Positions 21,658 to 30,328 of a stretch of DNA of 64,000 nucleotides are shown here, in pieces; within the stretch, counting starts at the first letter, position 1, and each line of letters starts with the position of its first letter. Location: positions 96,001 through 160,000 of the forward strand of contig CAWGPD010000001.1 in NCBI GenBank assembly GCA_963824385.1. Direction: 5' to 3'. This DNA is from an uncultured Nitrososphaerota archaeon. GTDB lineage: Archaea > Thermoproteota > Nitrososphaeria > Nitrososphaerales > Nitrosopumilaceae. The translations under genes and the position numbers were made by a program. The notes under the pieces were generated by a model. The model had not been told where the DNA came from and did no database searches. It saw nothing but the letters and a program-made list of their open reading frames with translations.

Positions 21658-22967
21658 CTACCTTGTAGGGAAGTGATGTATGTTATGTTGGTGATGTGGT
21701 ACATGTATTGGGTGACCACTAGTCTCAACTACAAGATCTGCAAACCATGTGGATCCAGGCACTCCAAGTGCCTCATTATTTACCACATTGTTCATGAATT
21801 GATCATTTATGCTAGTCACATTTGCATTAGATGAATAGTCTGTGACTAACAATCCTACAGGATTATTCTGGAAGAAGTTATTTGTGCTCGTTCCGTTGAA
21901 GCTGTCAAAGACAACCCCATAGCCATAGTTTTTCAGAAAGACATTATTACTTGCATCATTATTTGCTGACAATGTATTGTCACCTCCTACCCACATTCCA
22001 ATGTCACTGAGTGACACTGCATTGTTTGATATTACTACACCAGGTGCATCAAATAACAATATACCAGTTGCCTGATAAAGGGAGGTGAAGTAGTCTTCAG
22101 TATCAGATGCAGTCTGAATAACTATCACCGCTTATCTGACTGTTCTCTATTGTTCCTGTTGCACCATATGCTATCTGGACACCATTTTGTGCCGTAAGAG
22201 TGGTCTGTCCAATGCCTGCTACAACATCATTAGAAACATCACATGAGGTACCAGCATCATTACATGTTATTCCATTTTTTTGATAATTAGTTATGCTACT
22301 ATCCTTAATCAGTACATTTGAGTTTAGACCTGTTGCGGTCTGTACAAATATTCCAAGACCCGCGTCATCCTGACATCCAAATAATGCCTGGTTGCTTTCA
22401 ACATCAAGGCTAACAACATCATCAATTGTTCCAGATGCACTCTGGAACATAATCCCTACAGGTTCAGGATTACTTGCATCCAAACCACAGTCAGTTAGTT
22501 TGCTTCCAATTATGTTACCATTTACCTCAAGATTTTGTATGGTTACACCAGTCAAGCCTGCTGATCCTCCTTGTACAAGTATTATAGGAGCACTGAGATT
22601 ATGCGAATTATCAATATCTGAAGTTGTTGACACAAGATTTGTTGGCTCCAATATTGCAATATCATTCAAGTTATGCGATTCACCGTTTTGTATTGCATGC
22701 CCAACGCCCTCCAATGTCAAAGGCTTGGTTATCACAATATTTTCATGATATACAGTCTGCATCTAGACATATTGTAGAACCAGAGGCAGAAGCATCTATT
22801 GCAGATTGAATTGCATTATCTCCAACATTTTCTCCGTTTATTGTAACTGTGCAGTGTTGATTCAGAGTAATGTTATCAGGGTCATTTGTCGCAAAGGCAA
22901 CACTGCCAAAAAGTAATGAACTGATTGCAAATATGCTTAATATCGATAGAAACGCCTGCAAATTCAC
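21658..22967 (-). CDS. Secreted parallel beta-helix (pectin-lyase-like) protein split by two frameshifts (~22755, ~22113)
   Basis: Signal peptide plus IQSAIDASASGSTICL; YHENIVITKPLTLEG; YQKNGIT and QNGVQIAYGATG repeats; three consecutive ORFs. Confidence 0.75.
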
Positions 22968-23000
22968 TGACGAATAGTTCTTCTACAACTTATTATAGAT

Positions 23001-24290
23001 TTATGGGAATAGTCTTTCAGGATCACGAGGATATAGTACAACCTCTCTAACATTGTCAATCTGCGTTAAAACAGCCATCAGCCTATCCAAGCCTAATCCC
23101 CAACCAGAATGAGGTGGCATCCCCCAGTCAAATGCTTTCAAGTGGTCTTCAAATTGTACAGGATCTAGTCCTTGTTCTACCAGTCTAGATCTTATCTTGG
23201 CAGGATCATGTAGTCTTCTACCTCCAGAAGACAATTCAAGATATCCAAATTGGAGATCAAATGATTTTGAAGTTGTAGGATCATCTTCTTTTTCATGGAT
23301 GTAAAACGGTTTTAGTTTAAGTGGCCAATCAGTCAAAAAGTAAAATCCAGGATGAATCTCACCAAGTTTTCTCAGATGCGAGTCAAGTAAATCATCCCCA
23401 AATGTAAGACCAAGTCCTTGTTTTCCAAGATCTTCAATTGCTTGTCTGTATGTCACCCTATCAAAAGGTGTTTTTGGCGTTTTAATTTCAATTCCCAAAT
23501 TCTTTTGTTCTTCAGTACAGTTTTTTTCTACATACTCAAAAACAGATACAACTAGTTTTTCTAAAATTTCCATAACATCGGTATAATCCATAAATGCAGA
23601 TTCAATGTCAACGCTTGTAAATTCTGTCAGGTGTCTTACAGTATGAGAGTTTTCAGCTCGATAAAAAGAAGATATTTCAAATATTCTCTCAAGTCCAAGT
23701 GTTAGTTGTTCTTTGTAAAGTTGTGGACTCTGTGCAAGATATGCTTGCTTGTCAAAATATTTTAAAGAAAATAAATCAGCTCCACCTTCACTTGCACTTC
23801 CTATAATTTTTGGAGTAGTCACTTCAAGAAAACCAAGTTCGGTCAGTGTCTTGCGTATGGAAAGAAGAACATGATGTCGTATCTTAAAGATGGATGCAGT
23901 TTTTTGGTTGCGAAGATCAAGCGCTCGTGCATTTAACCTGTTATCAATTCCACTTTCTAATCTACCAAGTGGGTCTATTGGTAGAGGATGTATTGCTCTT
24001 GATAAAATCTCAATTTTCTCAGCCTTTATCTCATATGTAAAATCTCGCGCTTTAGATTCTTGTACTGCGCCTGCAATTCTCACAACACTCTGTCTGCTAA
24101 GGTCTTTGACTTGCTGCAGGTTTTCTGGACCTGCAACTACAATCTGCGATACGCCTGTGACATCTCTCAAAGTAAGAAATGTGAGTTTTCCCAATTCTCG
24201 TAAATCTTCCACCCAACCTGCAACTATGACTTTTTGACCTTTCATCGAAGGTCCAAGTGAACCTATATTGTGAGTTTTTGTAATATCCAT
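23001..24290 (-). CDS. aspS: Aspartyl-tRNA synthetase (archaeal type)
   Basis: N-terminal OB fold, YLAQSPQLYK, YRAENS, GMPPHSGWGLGLDR. Confidence 0.95.
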   Translation of the reverse strand: MDITKTHNIGSLGPSMKGQKVIVAGWVEDLRELGKLTFLTLRDVTGVSQIVVAGPENLQQVKDLSRQSVVRIAGAVQESKARDFTYEIKAEKIEILSRAIHPLPIDPLGRLESGIDNRLNARALDLRNQKTASIFKIRHHVLLSIRKTLTELGFLEVTTPKIIGSASEGGADLFSLKYFDKQAYLAQSPQLYKEQLTLGLERIFEISSFYRAENSHTVRHLTEFTSVDIESAFMDYTDVMEILEKLVVSVFEYVEKNCTEEQKNLGIEIKTPKTPFDRVTYRQAIEDLGKQGLGLTFGDDLLDSHLRKLGEIHPGFYFLTDWPLKLKPFYIHEKEDDPTTSKSFDLQFGYLELSSGGRRLHDPAKIRSRLVEQGLDPVQFEDHLKAFDWGMPPHSGWGLGLDRLMAVLTQIDNVREVVLYPRDPERLFP

Positions 24291-24300
24291 TAAATCCAGC

Positions 24301-24810
24301 CTACTTTCTCTCAAATTCCACTACTAGTTCTATCTTTCTAAGATCGTGTGCAATTGCAATTACCCTGTTTACATCTATTGGAAATTTTGCGGTCTTTTTT
24401 CCAGACACTATGACTTTGGTTTTTCTAAGACCACCCAAAGCCCAAACTTGGTTTATTGCAAGTATTTTGATTGGAAAGAATACATCTTCGATGAATTTCT
24501 TGTCATCAGAGTTTTGATGGACAAGCCAAATTTTTCCTGAAAATTCACCTTGAAGTATACGATAAAGTTCTCTACTTTGTCTAATAGTCATAATATCCTG
24601 ACTCCCAAGATAGATTACAAAATCACCGTTTGATTCACTGCATGAATTTAAGGTGAATTTTTCTATTTGTGGTATCTTTTGAGAAAGTTTTACAAGTTTT
24701 ATGGAGGCATTAACATCTGCCTTTGTTAGTACTCCATGATCTAATTTTGACTCACATTGAGGACACAGTATACCATTCATTGCATCAAAATTACAAATTG
24801 GTGTCCTCAT
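24301..24810 (-). CDS. nusA: NusA-like KH protein with N-terminal Cys motif
   Basis: PICNFDAMNGILCPQC N-terminus; adjacent to aspS. Confidence 0.7.
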   Translation of the reverse strand: MRTPICNFDAMNGILCPQCESKLDHGVLTKADVNASIKLVKLSQKIPQIEKFTLNSCSESNGDFVIYLGSQDIMTIRQSRELYRILQGEFSGKIWLVHQNSDDKKFIEDVFFPIKILAINQVWALGGLRKTKVIVSGKKTAKFPIDVNRVIAIAHDLRKIELVVEFERK

Positions 24811-24852
24811 GGAAATCGATTTTTTGCTTACAAAACTGGAAGATAAACTATG

Positions 24853-24860
24853 CGAAATTA
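24853..24860. repeat. 8-bp target-site duplication CGAAATTA, copy 1
   Basis: Identical to 28673-28680 and 32555-32562; abuts the GGTTCTGT terminus. Confidence 0.93.
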
Positions 24861-24935
24861 GGTTCTGTTCATTTGACGATTGATCTTCTCCGTGTTCAAA
24901 ATCGGTTGATGATTAAATAATTTGACACTGGTAAA

Positions 24936-25418
24936 TTAACATGGTACGGCATACTCTTCACCAGCCTCGAATAACCGAACTGGCGTATGCCTTGGATCCA
25001 ATCTTCTCACATTTTTATAGTTATGAAGAACCCCCCCATCACTTGTTACAATAATTACTTCAGGTTGATTTAATAAATTTAAAAAAGACAATTCACCAAC
25101 CTGACACTCAGGAATAAGTGGTAGTAAACCTATTTTGTTAGTTATCTCTTTCACTATTTGTTTGTCAATGGATGGTATACTCACTCTGCGAAGAACATTG
25201 GTAAGATGTTTAATTGCCAAGTTTACGCCCTTACTACTTATTTTTCTAGCATAATACAGTCTCATTACTAATTCAATCACTACTACTGGGGTAACGATGA
25301 ACATGCCCTCATTACTACTAATTGTATTTTTTAGCCACTCTCTTACATTACTATTTTTGTTAACAAAGTAGTCTTCCCATACTGTAGTGTCTGTTACATA
25401 GAGAGGGGAAAGACTCAA
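24936..25418 (-). CDS. PIN-domain (VapC-like) ribonuclease toxin
   Basis: YVTDTTVW, IVTPVVVIEL, GE, IVTSD acidic PIN pattern; coupled to an AbrB-like gene. Confidence 0.72.
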   Translation of the reverse strand: MSLSPLYVTDTTVWEDYFVNKNSNVREWLKNTISSNEGMFIVTPVVVIELVMRLYYARKISSKGVNLAIKHLTNVLRRVSIPSIDKQIVKEITNKIGLLPLIPECQVGELSFLNLLNQPEVIIVTSDGGVLHNYKNVRRLDPRHTPVRLFEAGEEYAVPC

Positions 25419-25810
25419 TTCTCTGCTGAATCCAATATCTCATCAATCTTATCTAACGCTTTTACCGCATCTTCGCCTTCAAGTTTTTTCCCTATTACAA
25501 TCTGTTTTAGGTCTTCATCATATATGTCTGCAAATAATTCATCCCCTACTTTCCAATTGAGTTTATTGGTTAGATCGAATGGGAGTACTAATCCATTATT
25601 TTCATTAAGCATTACTTTTGGTTCAACATTAAAAAATGACATATTTTGGAAAGACTCTGGATAATTTAATTCAGCATAGTAAGGAGTTTTGTATACACCT
25701 TTAACTTCAGCTAATAGCCATATTTTTTCTTGTTTTCTCGGGATAACTTTGATTGGTTTTTGTTCCTTTGGAACAATATCATACCATTCATCTTCTTTTT
25801 GTTTACTCAT
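25415..25810 (-). CDS. AbrB/MazE-fold antitoxin-like protein
   Basis: NGLVLPFDLTNKLNWKVGDELFADI swapped-hairpin motif; ATGA overlap with the PIN gene. Confidence 0.68.
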   Translation of the reverse strand: MSKQKEDEWYDIVPKEQKPIKVIPRKQEKIWLLAEVKGVYKTPYYAELNYPESFQNMSFFNVEPKVMLNENNGLVLPFDLTNKLNWKVGDELFADIYDEDLKQIVIGKKLEGEDAVKALDKIDEILDSAEN

Positions 25811-26433
25811 TGTCCTTTCACCTTCTTTACATAAGATTCAGCCTTCTCTATTTGTTTTTCCATATTCTGAAGTTCTTTGATTAGTTTTTTTACTTCGGTT
25901 TTGGTGAGTTCAAAACTTACTGGTCGTTTGTCTCCTGCTTCAGTAATTTTAAAATTTATGTTACAACATGGATAAAGATATTCGTCAAAATGAGGTGGTG
26001 ATAATAATCTTACATCATAATCAAATGAACGAATGTCTAAAGTAGGAGTTGCAGAATGAAATTTGTAATCTATATCATGTAATATTCCTTCTTTTTCTAA
26101 TCTATCTGAAAGAGTTAGTAATCTATCAGCATCCTGTTTTGAAATTTTAAGACTACTTTCCAGTGTATTTTTATTTTTAACATAATGTAATAGAGTCTGA
26201 GTAGCATCCATTATTTCACCCAATATTGTGACTAGTTGTTTTGTCTCTAATCCTTGTATTTTGATTTTGTTAACTTCAGGTGCATGTGTGTACAGTCCTA
26301 CTCCCTCGTCTACAGGTTCAACTACAATTGTACAGTCAGACCATAATCGTACAAATGTATCTAAAACCTGATTAAATTGATCGGGAGTTAATTTGAATAA
26401 ATTGGGAAATCCAAAAGTATTTTGTTCAGACAT
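25807..26433 (-). CDS. Hypothetical protein with a C-terminus resembling a COMM domain
   Basis: PTLDIRSFDYDVRL...YPCCNINFKI...VSFELTKTEVKKLIKELQNMEKQIE pattern, judged by eye. Confidence 0.55.
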   Translation of the reverse strand: MSEQNTFGFPNLFKLTPDQFNQVLDTFVRLWSDCTIVVEPVDEGVGLYTHAPEVNKIKIQGLETKQLVTILGEIMDATQTLLHYVKNKNTLESSLKISKQDADRLLTLSDRLEKEGILHDIDYKFHSATPTLDIRSFDYDVRLLSPPHFDEYLYPCCNINFKITEAGDKRPVSFELTKTEVKKLIKELQNMEKQIEKAESYVKKVKGQ

Positions 26434-26598
26434 AGTATTATCCTGCAAAAAATTCTATTTAAACATAAGCAAGTAACTATGATGTAGGTTTCCAGTATTC
26501 CGTAATTCTATGTCTACAATCATCACACCATAAATATTTGATTTGATAATCATAGTCAGCATCCATTCGGATTTTGCATGAGGGACATTCGTATGTAG

Positions 26599-27729
26599 TC
26601 AAGATTCTCTTCTGCTGGCATTCTGTATCAAGGTAATCCACTTGTTATCTCCCTCAATCTTGATTCCTGCAACTTCGCTAGGAGTTTTTCCTTCTAATCC
26701 CATATGAGGTCTAATGTAGTTGTGATAGATTTGATAACCTGTGAGAATTGGTGTATTGTTTATTTTCAATCCTCTCATTACTTTCTCACGGTCACGAATC
26801 TCACCGTTTAGTCTTTCCATCATGTTGTTGTGTCTATCACCTTTGAGAGTTATATGAGATTCATGAACTACTCTTGGTAGTTCTCTTGTCCAATATTCCT
26901 TCAAAAATGCTTCTCGGTATGCAGGTAATCCATCAGTGATTAGTTTGGTTGGCTTCTTTTCTGCTATTGCTCTAGCCATTCTAAAGAGATTCTTTGCATC
27001 ATGATTGTTCTTTGTTTCTGCCACTTCTTGAGCAATCAAGAACCTTGTTTCATCATCCATCATTGCAAATAGATATTTTCGATTTCCTCGAATCTTGATG
27101 AATACTTCATCTGCTCTCCAAATGTCTCCTACTTGTGGTGTAATGTCATCTAGGTATTTTTCCATAAGATTTGTGTATTTTTTGATCCAGTTGTAAACAG
27201 TAGCATGAACTACATCAACACCAAGCAATTTTAGAGATTTTGTGACATTTCTCAGTGATTCTCCGCTAAAGTATAGTTGCATGGCGGTTGTAATTGCTCT
27301 AGGATTGTGCTTCATTCTCTCAAAGCCTATATTGAGACTGAAAGTTTTGTGGCAATCAGAGCAAACGAATCTCTGAATATCATAATTCTTGTTGTGTCTT
27401 ATTCCAAATTTCTTAATGTTGTTCGATTTGCAGAATAGACAGGAATCAATGTTTATTGGTTGAATTGTTACCTTGTTCTTCTGTATTACCTGTTCTCTGA
27501 TCTTGATACTAAGTTCTACGCCATGAATATGCTTACAACAAATATGTCTGAATGCGTAATCTTTACAATTACAAGTCCATCCTGCATCTGTAAATACTAC
27601 AGCATATTCGCCTTTAGTTGTTTGTGATTTTACTTTGTATTGGTTTGCGTTGATTCTGAAAATCTGTTGATTCGGATTCTGTGCAATCTGTTTTCCTTTT
27701 TCTTCACGTGGATTCGCTCTGTTTTCCAT
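26599..27729 (-). CDS. IS6-family DDE transposase with N-terminal SWIM and Zn-ribbon domains
   Basis: CNCKD...CKH (SWIM), CLFC...CSDC, HTH, and the WRADEVF / ITDG / NNMMER catalytic triad. Confidence 0.92.
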   Translation of the reverse strand: MENRANPREEKGKQIAQNPNQQIFRINANQYKVKSQTTKGEYAVVFTDAGWTCNCKDYAFRHICCKHIHGVELSIKIREQVIQKNKVTIQPINIDSCLFCKSNNIKKFGIRHNKNYDIQRFVCSDCHKTFSLNIGFERMKHNPRAITTAMQLYFSGESLRNVTKSLKLLGVDVVHATVYNWIKKYTNLMEKYLDDITPQVGDIWRADEVFIKIRGNRKYLFAMMDDETRFLIAQEVAETKNNHDAKNLFRMARAIAEKKPTKLITDGLPAYREAFLKEYWTRELPRVVHESHITLKGDRHNNMMERLNGEIRDREKVMRGLKINNTPILTGYQIYHNYIRPHMGLEGKTPSEVAGIKIEGDNKWITLIQNASRRES

Positions 27730-27730
27730 G

Positions 27731-27787
27731 TATGTGTATTATACACATAACTATAAAAGTATTGTGTATAATGTGTATAATGCACAA
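27731..27787. promoter_or_regulatory. Divergent promoter region with TGTGTA...TACACA palindromic operators
   Basis: TATGTGTATTATACACATA at 27731-27749 and TGTGTATAATGCACA at ~27772-27786; TATA-like boxes for both genes. Confidence 0.6.
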
Positions 27788-27818
27788 ATGATAAATAGTT
27801 GATAGTAATAATTACAGC

Positions 27819-28046
27819 ATGGGAAGAATAGACATCATACTACCAGATGATTTAGAAGATAAATTGAAAATGGAGGCAGGAAAAAGATTAGGTGCAAAAA
27901 GAGGAGCATTTACTGAAGCAATCAAGGATGCAATTGGTCTATGGTTAGATCCAAAAACAATGGAATTGATGGAAAAATATACTGGCAAGTCATTAGATGC
28001 AGAAACTAAAGAAATTTTGAAGAAGTATCGGGGTAATGTTGATTGA
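27819..28046 (+). CDS. Ribbon-helix-helix (CopG-like) regulator
   Basis: MGRIDIILPDDLEDKLK...FTEAIKDAIGLWL strand-helix-helix pattern; divergent from the transposase. Confidence 0.72.
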   Translation: MGRIDIILPDDLEDKLKMEAGKRLGAKRGAFTEAIKDAIGLWLDPKTMELMEKYTGKSLDAETKEILKKYRGNVD

Positions 28047-28453
28047 TTATAGAGTATGATCCGAGAAAAGAGACAACCACTGTGAATGGACTCTGTGAAA
28101 AATGTGACAACAAATGGATCGTGAGTCGGGATAATAGTGTTTATCAACTTCCAATGGAATTAAAAGAAAAATGTCCGAAATGCGGTCATGTTAACATACT
28201 TTTCTATCCAGACGAAGAAATGAATAAACAAATGATGAATCAGAAATATGTCTTAGATTTACCCCTAAAATTTGAGAATGCAAAAAAGACAATTGAGAAG
28301 TTAAAAGAAGAGAGAGATGCCCTAAAGGTAAGAAATACCGAATTATTTGATGAAAATAAGATTCTAGTAAAAGCGATTGACATACTTACCGCCAAACTTG
28401 AAAAACTAAATATCAAATTGGACGGTGGAACTGAAAATCCACTTGCTAAATGA
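28043..28453 (+). CDS. Zn-ribbon + coiled-coil passenger protein
   Basis: CEKC...CPKC followed by heptad repeats. Confidence 0.68.
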   Translation: MIIEYDPRKETTTVNGLCEKCDNKWIVSRDNSVYQLPMELKEKCPKCGHVNILFYPDEEMNKQMMNQKYVLDLPLKFENAKKTIEKLKEERDALKVRNTELFDENKILVKAIDILTAKLEKLNIKLDGGTENPLAK

Positions 28454-28672
28454 GTAGTCAAATGTCAAATACGATACTATGCCCTAAATGTGAGGCGTTG
28501 TTAATAAAGGAGGAATTTGAAACCCATGATTGTATTTCTAATTACAAATTTGATGGAAAATATCTATTAATTAGACGAAACGGAAAATGGCGTTCAATTT
28601 ACTTGCCATTATTATTCAGATTATCAACCGATTTTGAACACGGAGAAGATCAATCGTCAAATGAACAGAACC
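28450..28672 (+). CDS. Small Zn-finger ORF running out through the right TIR of element 1 without its own stop
   Basis: MSSQMSNTILCPKC...HDC; ATGA-coupled to the upstream gene; the frame stays open across the TIR and TSD. Confidence 0.5.
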
Positions 28673-28680
28673 CGAAATTA
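28673..28680. repeat. 8-bp target-site duplication CGAAATTA, copy 2 (junction of elements 1 and 2)
   Basis: ACAGAACC-CGAAATTA-GGTTCTGT junction. Confidence 0.93.
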
Positions 28681-28800
28681 GGTTCTGTTGCGATCACGGG
28701 TGATAGACGTTTGACACAAAAATTTTCTGCCTGTTACAGTCGGGTGATGGATCACCCTCGATCATTAAAAGCAAAAATAACCGCATGGTTCAAAGTTTTC

Positions 28801-29514
28801 ATGGCACGTTCAATCAAGATATACCGTTTTTTCACAGCAAAAAAATCCTCTGAAATATACGATATTCTAAAAGCAAGAAAAACTTCACAGAGCGTTAATA
28901 CTTATCCTGAAATCGCTACGATACAAAATAATCCCGATAGTGTTAGTGGTTCATTTCACATAAGAAAAAAAGTATTAGGATCTTGGGAAATTCTTTTCTA
29001 CGAATTTACTATAAAAACAAAAAAGGCTACACTTTTTCTACAAGGTAAAACTGTGGGAAGATCAGATGCTAATGAATTTCTTGCTGAATTAATTGAAAAT
29101 GGAACTTCCAGATATGATGTGATAAAAGAATATGAGTTAACCAATGGTCAGATGCTACAAATTTTCAATAATGTTACAAAACAATATGCAGATAACATCA
29201 TTATGCGATTGAAAGTTCTTTTTAGTCCTCTAAGCGGATATAAATATAAAGATAAAGAGGTTTATGGCGAGTTATCTTTTCAGTTTATTGGAAATAAATG
29301 TGCAAGCAAACATAATGATTTTAGTAATTTTTTAGAAAACAGTATGGAAGTAGAACTGACGTTTGGACTTCTTAAATGTGCAGGATTGGCAAAGGAACTG
29401 AGAAATACACATATTAAATTAATAGCCAAATCTGATTGCAGTTTTAGAATGTATGTGGAAGTTCCACATGACGATTGGATTACTTTTGTTGAAAAGGTCT
29501 TGAATGTGATATGA
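28801..29514 (+). CDS. Passenger hypothetical protein (probable true start 28801)
   Basis: 3' part of ORF 28450..29514; ATG 28801 (MARSIKIY) lies inside element 2. Confidence 0.65.
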   Translation: MARSIKIYRFFTAKKSSEIYDILKARKTSQSVNTYPEIATIQNNPDSVSGSFHIRKKVLGSWEILFYEFTIKTKKATLFLQGKTVGRSDANEFLAELIENGTSRYDVIKEYELTNGQMLQIFNNVTKQYADNIIMRLKVLFSPLSGYKYKDKEVYGELSFQFIGNKCASKHNDFSNFLENSMEVELTFGLLKCAGLAKELRNTHIKLIAKSDCSFRMYVEVPHDDWITFVEKVLNVI

Positions 29515-29524
29515 CAGGGAATGA

Positions 29525-30058
29525 ATGATGAATGAAACCGAAACTTATTATCAACTGTTTGGGAATACAATTACCTTGTCATTAGCAGATCTTCTTGGTT
29601 ATATCGGAATAGGTGTTTCCGTTGGAGTTGGAGTATTATTTGCATCATTAGATTGGAGAAGGCGTGTTACAACCGATAAAAATCATAAAAAAATAATTTG
29701 TTATCACATGAATGAACTTGAAACAATTTTTGCCCACATTATGGTTGATTTCAACAAATTGGAAGAAGATGAAGATGGAGTACCAGAACGTTTGAATCAT
29801 TTTTTAATTGGAAAATATAGACATATTGAGTATTTGATTGATAACATAAAATTGAATAAAATTCAATGTTCAAAATTATCTGATGATGAAGAAAAAGATA
29901 TAGAAAATACATTGAAAATTTCTCAGTGGTTATTGGAAGAATACTGTCCACAGGATGTACTTGAAGCAAGTCGAGTGAGTCTTTGGCGAGAGTACAATCC
30001 AAAACTTAAAGAAAATGCTGAAACATTGGCAAACTCAGTAAAACATTTTGCTAACTAA
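29525..30058 (+). CDS. Passenger hypothetical protein with an N-terminal TM helix
   Basis: LLGYIGIGVSVGVGVLFASL helix followed by a helical soluble domain. Confidence 0.7.
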   Translation: MMNETETYYQLFGNTITLSLADLLGYIGIGVSVGVGVLFASLDWRRRVTTDKNHKKIICYHMNELETIFAHIMVDFNKLEEDEDGVPERLNHFLIGKYRHIEYLIDNIKLNKIQCSKLSDDEEKDIENTLKISQWLLEEYCPQDVLEASRVSLWREYNPKLKENAETLANSVKHFAN

Positions 30059-30060
30059 TA

Positions 30061-30252
30061 TCATTTCGATTTACTATCTTTGTGACTAGTAACTTCTATT
30101 TTGTTTCCCCTAATGATGAATTTTATCATATCGGGATTTCCAAGAAAATCCATTATAGGTTTTGGCAGATAACTTTGCCATCCCCTAGTTTCATGATATG
30201 AAACATTGACAGGAAATTCTTTTTCACCTTTTTTCCATTTAGGCACACTCAT
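30061..30252 (-). CDS. Small AbrB/SpoVT-like regulator divergent from the transposase
   Basis: QSYLPKPIMDFLGNPDMIKFII motif. Confidence 0.65.
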   Translation of the reverse strand: MSVPKWKKGEKEFPVNVSYHETRGWQSYLPKPIMDFLGNPDMIKFIIRGNKIEVTSHKDSKSK

Positions 30253-30278
30253 AATTCAGCAAACTAATATTTATACAT

Positions 30279-30321
30279 TCCACGTGGATAATCATAATAT
30301 TAATATATCCACGTGGATATA
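30279..30321. promoter_or_regulatory. Twin palindromic operators TCCACGTGGA between the regulator and the transposase
   Basis: TCCACGTGGA at 30279-30288; perfect 18-bp palindrome TATATCCACGTGGATATA at 30304-30321, 7 nt before the transposase ATG. Confidence 0.65.
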
Positions 30322-30328
30322 CTATAAC

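Larger units (their letters stand above)
24861..28672. mobile_element. IS6-family cargo transposon, element 1 (3812 bp)
   Basis: Perfect 50-bp terminal inverted repeats 24861-24910 / 28623-28672 starting GGTTCTGT; flanked by CGAAATTA; internal DDE transposase. Confidence 0.92.
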
